From: an uncultured Acinetobacter sp.
GTDB lineage: Bacteria; Pseudomonadota; Gammaproteobacteria; Pseudomonadales; Moraxellaceae
Length of the DNA stretch: 64,000 bases
Direction: 5' to 3'
Assembly: GCA_964579445.1 (NCBI GenBank)
Contig: CAZOGM010000004.1
Location: 15,079-79,078, forward strand
Below the pieces are notes generated by a model that made no database searches, was not told the DNA's origin, and saw only the letters and a program-made list of their open reading frames with translations. Within the stretch, counting starts at the first letter, position 1, and each line of letters starts with the position of its first letter. This document shows positions 18,135 to 25,547 of the stretch, one piece after another. The position numbers and the translations under genes are program-made.

Positions 18135-19754
18135 ATGATTCCGCATATGAGACGTTTAATCGAACTTTGGCGCATTGCCGCGCACTATAGACTCGACACG
18201 TTGGTTGCTGCGGAAGACATACCTGCAAAGGCCCGTCCTTTACTGAAGCTGATTCACATGCACCCTGCTGCATGGTCAAGTCGAGAGCGAAAAAACCCAC
18301 TGAAGCTTAAAGAAGCTTTAGAAGAAATGGGCCCACTGGCGATCAAATTGGGACAACTGCTGTCTACACGTCGTGATTTGATTCCACCTGAATTGTTACA
18401 ACAATTGGTTCTACTGCAAGATCGAGTCAAACCTTTTGATAATGATGTTGCGAAAATGCGGATTCAGGAGTCACTCAAAGCAGACGTGAATACGTTGTTC
18501 GCGCGCTTTGACACACAGCCACTTGCCGCGGCTTCCATTGCACAAGTGCATACGGCAGCACTGCATGATGGTCGTGAAGTGGTGGTGAAAGTCACGCGTC
18601 CGAATATTCGCGCGCAGATTATTCAAGATTTTGAGATTTTAGAATGGCTCGGGACTTTTCTTGAAAAACGCCTAGAAGCTGCTCGTGCTTTGCATCTGTC
18701 TGAAATTATTCAAAACTATCGTCAAATTATTTTAAATGAACTGGATTTGACTTTAGAGGCTGAAAATACGCGTCGCATGCGTCACTATTTTACAGGTTCA
18801 AGCATGATGTATGTGCCTGAAGTCTATATGGACAGTAAAGATGTAATCGTTGAAGAACGCATTATGGGTGTGCCAATTTCAGACCTTGCTACTTTTGATA
18901 AGTTGGGTATGGATCGCAAGGACTTGGCCGAAAAAGGGTTAACCATTTTCTTTACTCAAGTCTTCCGTGATAACTTTTTCCATGCCGATATGCATCCCGG
19001 AAATGTCTTTGTAGAAACGATTAATCCAAGCAATCCACGTTTTATCGCACTCGATTGCGCGATTATGGGTGAGTTGTCCAAGCATGACCAAATGACCATT
19101 GCGCGAATGTTGCTAGCTGTCATGAACAGCGACTTCATGCAACTCATTTTGATTGTGCATCAAGCGGGTTGGATTCCACCAGGAACAGATCAAGATGCGT
19201 TGGCGCGAGAAATGCGTCGCACTGTTGGACCTATGGTATCTAAGCCCATGCATGAGCTTGATTTCGCAGGCATCTTGCTTCAAGTCATGGATATTGCCCG
19301 CCGTTTCCATTTAGAAATTCCACCCCAATTGATGCTTCTGTTAAAAACCTTAGTCCATGTGGAAGGTCTGGGAACGGACCTTTATCCAGAACTGGATATT
19401 TGGAAACTTGCGAAACCGATCTTAAGTGATTGGATCAAAGCGCAAATGAATCCTCAGAAAAATATTAAAGAACTGGGGCAAAAAATTCCTGATTTGTTAT
19501 TGGGTGCGCAGGATTTACCTACACTTCTCATCGACAGCTTAAACGGATTAAAAAATCAGTCTGCATGGCATGCCAAGCAATTGAATGAAATTCAAAGCAT
19601 ACGTTTGCAAATGGAACATCAACAAAAACGCAGTTGGATTTTCGGTAGCTTGATTGCCATTTTATTGTCTATTGCGATTATTGCGCCGTGGTATATCGCT
19701 GTAATTCTGATTATATTGGCCAGTTTTATTTCAATTTGGCGTGTAGCGAAGTAA
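18135..19754 (+). CDS. ubiB: Ubiquinone biosynthesis atypical kinase UbiB
   Basis: IKLGQLLSTRRDL, AAASIAQVH, VVVKV and FFHADMHPGN motifs; C-terminal TM helices. Confidence 0.97.
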   Translation: MIPHMRRLIELWRIAAHYRLDTLVAAEDIPAKARPLLKLIHMHPAAWSSRERKNPLKLKEALEEMGPLAIKLGQLLSTRRDLIPPELLQQLVLLQDRVKPFDNDVAKMRIQESLKADVNTLFARFDTQPLAAASIAQVHTAALHDGREVVVKVTRPNIRAQIIQDFEILEWLGTFLEKRLEAARALHLSEIIQNYRQIILNELDLTLEAENTRRMRHYFTGSSMMYVPEVYMDSKDVIVEERIMGVPISDLATFDKLGMDRKDLAEKGLTIFFTQVFRDNFFHADMHPGNVFVETINPSNPRFIALDCAIMGELSKHDQMTIARMLLAVMNSDFMQLILIVHQAGWIPPGTDQDALAREMRRTVGPMVSKPMHELDFAGILLQVMDIARRFHLEIPPQLMLLLKTLVHVEGLGTDLYPELDIWKLAKPILSDWIKAQMNPQKNIKELGQKIPDLLLGAQDLPTLLIDSLNGLKNQSAWHAKQLNEIQSIRLQMEHQQKRSWIFGSLIAILLSIAIIAPWYIAVILIILASFISIWRVAK

Positions 19755-19798
19755 TTCAAATAGCTCACTTCAGTTGATTGCTCAAAATTTCGCTATAC

Positions 19799-19830
19799 AA
19801 AAAGACCCTGATACATATCAGGGTCTTTTT
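19799..19830 (+). terminator. Intrinsic terminator after ubiB
   Basis: AAAAAGACCCTGATA-CA-TATCAGGGTCTTTTT perfect inverted repeat. Confidence 0.9.
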
Positions 19831-19899
19831 GAGTTGACGTCGATACATCTATCACCTTTAGCGCTTTTTTGTTAGATTGATGCCGAAGAATAAAGATAC

Positions 19900-21183
19900 T
19901 TGAAAATAATGAAAAACATACATGTGGCAATCATTGGTTCAGGCACTGCGGGATTAGCCTCAGCCATTGTATTGGCGCAGCAAGGTCTACGGGTGACCAT
20001 TTTTGAAAAAGTCTCGACACTTGAACCAGTGGGTGCCGGACTATTATTGCAGCCTTCAGGCTTAGCCGTTTTTGAACATCTTGGGGTGCTAAATCATGCA
20101 ATTGACCTCGGCGCCAAAGTCACAGGTTTACAAGGTCGTCTGCCCAATCAAAAACTCTTGGTGAACAGTCATTACCAACAAGCGCATCCAGATTTTTATG
20201 GCATTGGTATTCACCGTGCGAGCTTGTGTCATATCTTGGACAGTAAAGCTCGGAGTTATCCTGACTTGATTCACTGGTGTATGGATGCAGATATTACGGG
20301 TTTCCAAGAAACTCAGCATGAAGTACGTATTGACGGAGTTGTAGCAAAGCAAAATTATAGTGAACGATTTGATGCGATTTTGATTGCCAATGGCGCGCGC
20401 AGTGAACTTAGACCCAAAGCATGGGTGAAAAGCGATCAGGCTTACCCTTGGGGGGCAAAGTGGACCATTGTGCCTGAATGTCTAGATTTAGACCCAGAAA
20501 TTCTGCATCAGTTCCATGATCGCGCTCAGATTATGCTCGGAATTTTACCCACAGGTGCTACACCTCAACAACCAGAAAAACGCCTCTCTAGCGTATTTTG
20601 GAGTATGCCAACGCCGCTACTTCCTCATTTTTTAAGACGAAGCGAAGACCGCGAGGCTTGGTTAAATAAAATTCAACAGCGCTGGCCTGAAGCATCTACA
20701 TGGCTCAACACGGTGATCAATGATCCCAAGCATAATCAACAATGGCTAGCAGCGCATTATCGTGATGTGGTCATGTCAAAATTTGGGGAAGGTCGTATCG
20801 GGGTCATTGGAGATGCAGCCCATGCAATGAGTCCACAATTGGGACAAGGCGCTAACATGGCATTACTGGATGCTTGGGCTTTAGGACAAGCGGTTCAGGT
20901 CGCTCGTGATGGCAATACGCTGAACTGGTCAACACTTTGGCAGACCTATCATCAGCACCGTCAGTCCTCGACCCAGTTTTATCAGTTCCTCAGTCGGTTA
21001 CTGACACCACTTTATCAGTCTGATCACTGGTGGGCAGGTGGTTTAAGAGATTTAAGTTTTGCTTGGATGTATCAAATCCCCTATTTTCGTAAAGAGATGG
21101 CAATCACTGTGTCTGGGTTGAAATTGGGGATGTTCAATGAGATGAAATATGCTGACATAGCGAAATATCATCAAAATAAGTGA
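19900..21183 (+). CDS. FAD-dependent monooxygenase (class A flavoprotein, UbiH-like fold); possible start ATG 19909
   Basis: GSGTAG dinucleotide-binding motif, ANGARS (DG motif variant) and GDAAHAMSPQLGQGANMALLDA fingerprint. Confidence 0.85.
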   Translation: MKIMKNIHVAIIGSGTAGLASAIVLAQQGLRVTIFEKVSTLEPVGAGLLLQPSGLAVFEHLGVLNHAIDLGAKVTGLQGRLPNQKLLVNSHYQQAHPDFYGIGIHRASLCHILDSKARSYPDLIHWCMDADITGFQETQHEVRIDGVVAKQNYSERFDAILIANGARSELRPKAWVKSDQAYPWGAKWTIVPECLDLDPEILHQFHDRAQIMLGILPTGATPQQPEKRLSSVFWSMPTPLLPHFLRRSEDREAWLNKIQQRWPEASTWLNTVINDPKHNQQWLAAHYRDVVMSKFGEGRIGVIGDAAHAMSPQLGQGANMALLDAWALGQAVQVARDGNTLNWSTLWQTYHQHRQSSTQFYQFLSRLLTPLYQSDHWWAGGLRDLSFAWMYQIPYFRKEMAITVSGLKLGMFNEMKYADIAKYHQNK

Positions 21184-21364
21184 AATGCAATTAAAACTAT
21201 TTTCGAAATCCTCATGTTTAAATGCTGACTTTTACGTCGCTGTTTTAAAATCATCATATGCAAAGATTGGGAAAGTTTTCCTCAAAACAGCTCAAATCGC
21301 TTAAACTAAAGTGATACAACGATATTATCGTCCTCTTTTAACTCTCTATTTTGGTGAAACTCTC

Positions 21365-22147
21365 ATGAACAACGCGCAATGGCTCGATGAAGTAAAATTT
21401 AACGAACAAGGACTAATTCCTGCTATTGCTCAACATCATCATACTGGACGTATTTTGATGGTTGCATGGATGAACCGCGAAGCTTTGAGCATGACCGCTG
21501 AGAAAAACCAAGCGGTGTATTTCTCTCGCTCACGTCAAAAGTTATGGCATAAAGGTGAAGAATCAGGTCATTTTCAAACCGTACATGAAATCCGTTTAGA
21601 CTGTGATGCTGATGTGATTGTGCTACAAATTGAACAGCATGGCGGTATTGCCTGCCATACGGGTCGCGAATCTTGTTTCTATCGAAAATTAACACCGAAT
21701 GGTTGGGAAATTGTGGATACACAGCTCAAAGACCCAAATGTCATTTATGCTGAAAAATCATCGAATGCCCATACCCAAGTCATGAGTGCGTCTACTGCTC
21801 AAGCTGAACAAGTCGATGTGCTAAGTTATTTAGGACAAATGATGGCGGAGCGTAAAGGTGCAGATCCAGATTCATCTTATGTGGCTAAGCTTTACCATAC
21901 AGGTCTCAATAAAATTTTAGAGAAAATTGGTGAGGAAAGTTTTGAAACAGTCATTGCTGCCAAAGAGTTTCAAGCAAAAGCACATGAAGACAATAAAAAT
22001 GATTTGATTTATGAAGTGGCTGATGTTTGGTTTCATACCATTGTCATGCTGGGGTATTTCGATCTAGATATTCAACTGGTTTTAAACGAGTTGGCACGTC
22101 GCCAAGGTTTATCGGGTTTGGTTGAAAAAGCCAATCGCAATCATTAA
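21365..22147 (+). CDS. hisIE: Bifunctional phosphoribosyl-AMP cyclohydrolase / phosphoribosyl-ATP pyrophosphatase
   Basis: [22 protein letters not shown] and CHTGRESCF (HisI), followed by SYVAKL, KIGEE and EVADVWFH (HisE). ATG 21365 is preferred over 21311. Confidence 0.97.
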   Translation: MNNAQWLDEVKFNEQGLIPAIAQHHHTGRILMVAWMNREALSMTAEKNQAVYFSRSRQKLWHKGEESGHFQTVHEIRLDCDADVIVLQIEQHGGIACHTGRESCFYRKLTPNGWEIVDTQLKDPNVIYAEKSSNAHTQVMSASTAQAEQVDVLSYLGQMMAERKGADPDSSYVAKLYHTGLNKILEKIGEESFETVIAAKEFQAKAHEDNKNDLIYEVADVWFHTIVMLGYFDLDIQLVLNELARRQGLSGLVEKANRNH

Positions 22148-22353
22148 GTCTTGAAGGTTTATTTTAGAAGCCATGCCTTGCCGGGCTTTTTTATTTTGCG
22201 TCATTAAATTTTCACTCAATGATCAGACTTAATCAGATCAGTCATATCTTGTCGTATCTTGTGCTGTCCTGCAAATTGATCTGCCTCATCCGCTGACTTT
22301 CTTGCTATACTCATCGATCAATTTTAATTCATTTTTGAAGACTCGATACCACT

Positions 22354-23847
22354 GTGCCAGATATTTTAAAAGCGACATTAGAACAGCAATTTGCGATTGA
22401 GCAAGCACACAAAGGTCAGTCTTTTAAGGTGATTGCCTATGCAGGTACAGGTAAAACCACGACCTTAAAATTGATCAGTGATTCGATGCAGCAACGCCGC
22501 GGTATGTATTTGGCGTTTAACAAAGCGATTGCCAGTGAAGCGCAAAATAAATTTCATGGCAATGTCGACTGTCGTACTTTTCACTCCTTGGCTTTTCGAA
22601 GCGTTCCACGTGGAGTGACCGACAAACTACGTTTACCTCGTCTCAGTCCCAGTTTTATTGCCAAAGAATACCGTCTAGAGCCGATTACCCTTCGCCGTTT
22701 AATGGGCGGTCGTTATGAAAAATATGCACTTTTACCCAGTCGTCTGGCCAGTCTTGTCGCTAACGCGGTAAGCTATTTCTGTTCTACAAGCTCACAGTAC
22801 CCTGCCCCACGTCATATTCAAGCACCGAGCTGGTTGCATGCAGATGATATTGAATCGTTGCAAAAGCATTTGTACCCTGCGGTTGAACGGCGTTGGCTTG
22901 AATCTATCGATCAAAACCATCAAGCCGGTATTGGGCATGATATTTATTTAAAACTCTGGGCATTGTCAGATCCTTTCATTCCCGCAGATTATGTCTTATT
23001 TGATGAAGCACAAGATGCTGACCCGCTCATGCTCGGTATTTTGCTTAAACAGCGCAGTACTCAAGTGATTTATGTGGGGGATGCACACCAACAAATTTAT
23101 GCATGGCGTGGCGCAGTCAATGCCATGCAGCAAATGCCCCTGCCTGAATCTCGTTTAACCACTTCTTTTCGTTTTGGTGATGCCATCGCGGATGTGGCGA
23201 ATCGACTGTTGGGTGCGCTCAATGAAACCGTTCCTTTGGTTGGCAACCCCGATGTCAAATCATCTGTGGTCAATAAACCACACACTAAAATGCGTGATGC
23301 CATTTTGTGTCGTACCAATGCACGGGCGATGGAATTACTATTGGCAGGTTTGGTTCAAGGGGATAAAGTCAGCTTACAAGCCGATCATGTCAAATTAAAT
23401 CGTTTTGTCGATGCTGCAAGTTTACTCAAACAAGGCAAACGTGTGGTCGATGTTCCTGAACTGGCTTGGTTTAATTCATGGCACGATGTGCATGAATACT
23501 GCGAAACCAACGATGGTAGTGATATTAAACCTTTAGTCAAACTGGTGGATGATCATGGAACAGATCCACTAAAAAAAGCCTTGGCTAAAATCACCCCGAT
23601 TGAACACGCAGACTATGTGATTTCAACCGCGCATAAAGCCAAAGGACTCGAGTGGAATCGGGTTCATATTGAAGATGATTACCAATTTAAGATTAATGGT
23701 TTGGAACATAAAATCAGTGATGAAGAATTAAGACTGCTTTATGTTGCCTGTACTCGTGCTAAACTAAGCTTAAATATTCACCATATTTATGATTTGGTGC
23801 AACAGCTCAAACTAAAAACAAATACGCTAGACAAAGCAACAGCATGA
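22354..23847 (+). CDS. Compact UvrD/Rep-family (SF1A) helicase, FBH1/GajB-sized
   Basis: All SF1 motifs intact: AYAGTGKT, YLAFNK, TFHSL, FDEAQD, VGDAHQQIYAWRG, LTTSFRF, STAHKAKGLEW and LYVACTRA. Confidence 0.9.
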   Translation: MPDILKATLEQQFAIEQAHKGQSFKVIAYAGTGKTTTLKLISDSMQQRRGMYLAFNKAIASEAQNKFHGNVDCRTFHSLAFRSVPRGVTDKLRLPRLSPSFIAKEYRLEPITLRRLMGGRYEKYALLPSRLASLVANAVSYFCSTSSQYPAPRHIQAPSWLHADDIESLQKHLYPAVERRWLESIDQNHQAGIGHDIYLKLWALSDPFIPADYVLFDEAQDADPLMLGILLKQRSTQVIYVGDAHQQIYAWRGAVNAMQQMPLPESRLTTSFRFGDAIADVANRLLGALNETVPLVGNPDVKSSVVNKPHTKMRDAILCRTNARAMELLLAGLVQGDKVSLQADHVKLNRFVDAASLLKQGKRVVDVPELAWFNSWHDVHEYCETNDGSDIKPLVKLVDDHGTDPLKKALAKITPIEHADYVISTAHKAKGLEWNRVHIEDDYQFKINGLEHKISDEELRLLYVACTRAKLSLNIHHIYDLVQQLKLKTNTLDKATA

Positions 23848-23874
23848 ATCCCCAAAATAAGTTGCAGGTAAAAT

Positions 23875-25254
23875 ATGAAAATTCATTCGATCAAATTACG
23901 CCATTGCGCTCATTTTTCTGACTTAAACATCGAATTCAAATATTCAAGTCAACCAATTACCCTCATTTTAGGTGATCAGTCCACAGGTAAAACGGCCCTG
24001 ATCAAAAATATATATCAAGCGCTGACGTGGTTTCCAGCTCGGCTTAAGGATAGCCGTACTGCGGGTGTGGTCATGTTAGATTCAGACATTACTCGAAATC
24101 GCGTGCAGTCTAGAATTCAGATGAATGTCCAAATTCCAGATGAGATTGGCAGCTTATCCGAAAGCTTTTCCTCACAAGATAAAGAAGTGTCCATTTGCTC
24201 ATGGATTTTATATAAGACCTTAAATGCGCAAAGTTTAGGACACAGTAAAGTCGATACCCAACAACTTGAACAACTGGCAGATTTATATAATAAAGCGATT
24301 CTTCACGATCCTTTACAAGGCTTGCCGCTGATCGCGTATTACCCTTCGGATCGTTTTGTCAATGAAATGAATCTGATCAGTAAAAATAATCCGGCTGTTT
24401 TTCAGCATCATTCTGCGTATGAACTTGCACCATTGCCCTACACCACTTTTGCGCGTTTTTTCGAATGGTTCCGCGAAATCAATGATATTGAAAACGCACA
24501 AACGGCACAGCTTTTTCACAAAATATTGCACAGCACCCAAGGCAAAGGCAGTGAAGTTTTTGATGATGAAAGCGTGAATTTAACTCAAAAACTGTTCCAA
24601 GCACATGCCCAAATGCATGCACCAAGTATGGTTGCATTAAAAACTGCATTGCACACCGTCTTTCCAGATTTAACCGATCTTTATCTTGAGTATTTGCCTA
24701 AGCTTCAGTTGATGGTAAATTATCAAGGACAAATCATGTCCTTTAGTCAACTGTCCAACGTAATGAAAAACTGGATTGCGCTGATTGGTGACGTGGTTCG
24801 CCGCTTGTGTTTACTCAATCCTCACCAGCTTTATCCGTGTATGGAAGGTCAGGGTATCTTGCTCATTGATAATATTGACGCGCAATTAGATCAAGACACT
24901 ACACAGAATATTTTGGAAAAATTGCATCAGGCTTTTCCTCAGCTACAAATTATTGCCACCGGCTGTAGTTCAGAACTACTTGAACATGCTGAGCATTATC
25001 AATATTTGAAACTCGATCAGAAAAAAATATACGAAGTCGATTTATCGTCACATAAAAATAATCTCGATAGGCTGTATCAGAGCGTACTCCATACGCTTGA
25101 ACCAAATAAAGATGAACCTTTGCTCAGTGCCGAAATCAATTCGAATGCACCGCAATATATGTTTGAAAAATTCCAAAATTTAAGTCCTGAACAGCAGCTT
25201 GAATTTTTACAATTAATTCAGGACGGCGATGCTTACACACCCGAGACGATTTAA
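23875..25254 (+). CDS. PtuA/COG3950-like ABC (AAA_21) ATPase homolog with degenerate catalytic motifs
   Basis: Family scaffold MKIHSIKL...LILGDQSTGKT...LPLIAYY...FFEWF...ALIGDVVRRL..LNP...GILLID..FPQLQIIAT. Signature, Walker B, D-loop and H-switch are altered. Confidence 0.75.
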   Translation: MKIHSIKLRHCAHFSDLNIEFKYSSQPITLILGDQSTGKTALIKNIYQALTWFPARLKDSRTAGVVMLDSDITRNRVQSRIQMNVQIPDEIGSLSESFSSQDKEVSICSWILYKTLNAQSLGHSKVDTQQLEQLADLYNKAILHDPLQGLPLIAYYPSDRFVNEMNLISKNNPAVFQHHSAYELAPLPYTTFARFFEWFREINDIENAQTAQLFHKILHSTQGKGSEVFDDESVNLTQKLFQAHAQMHAPSMVALKTALHTVFPDLTDLYLEYLPKLQLMVNYQGQIMSFSQLSNVMKNWIALIGDVVRRLCLLNPHQLYPCMEGQGILLIDNIDAQLDQDTTQNILEKLHQAFPQLQIIATGCSSELLEHAEHYQYLKLDQKKIYEVDLSSHKNNLDRLYQSVLHTLEPNKDEPLLSAEINSNAPQYMFEKFQNLSPEQQLEFLQLIQDGDAYTPETI

Positions 25255-25547
25255 ATCGGAAAATCTGTTTTCCCGCGTAAATTAAATGCGGTCTGAAACG
25301 AATTTAACACGATAATATTTAGACGATTTCGCTATAATCTTTAATCGTATAGGCAAAAAGTTTGATGTTATTTTGCTCATGCAATAAAATCATCATATTC
25401 ATTTTTATGAAAATGTTTATTTTTGCATATGCTTTTTCAGGTTGCGCAACACAACTTGTCTCTGATTTTTTTAAATTCGTTCGGCTTTCAAAATTTAAGC
25501 AGTTGGATGGTTCTTTGCTGTCCTCAAATATTTGAAAGATAAGACTC

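Noticed and set aside
22354-25254. Calling the helicase-ATPase pair bona fide Gabija or Septu
   Set aside because: No TOPRIM/OLD nuclease domain in the ATPase, no HNH (ptuB) gene, reversed gene order relative to gajAB, and degenerate ATPase motifs.
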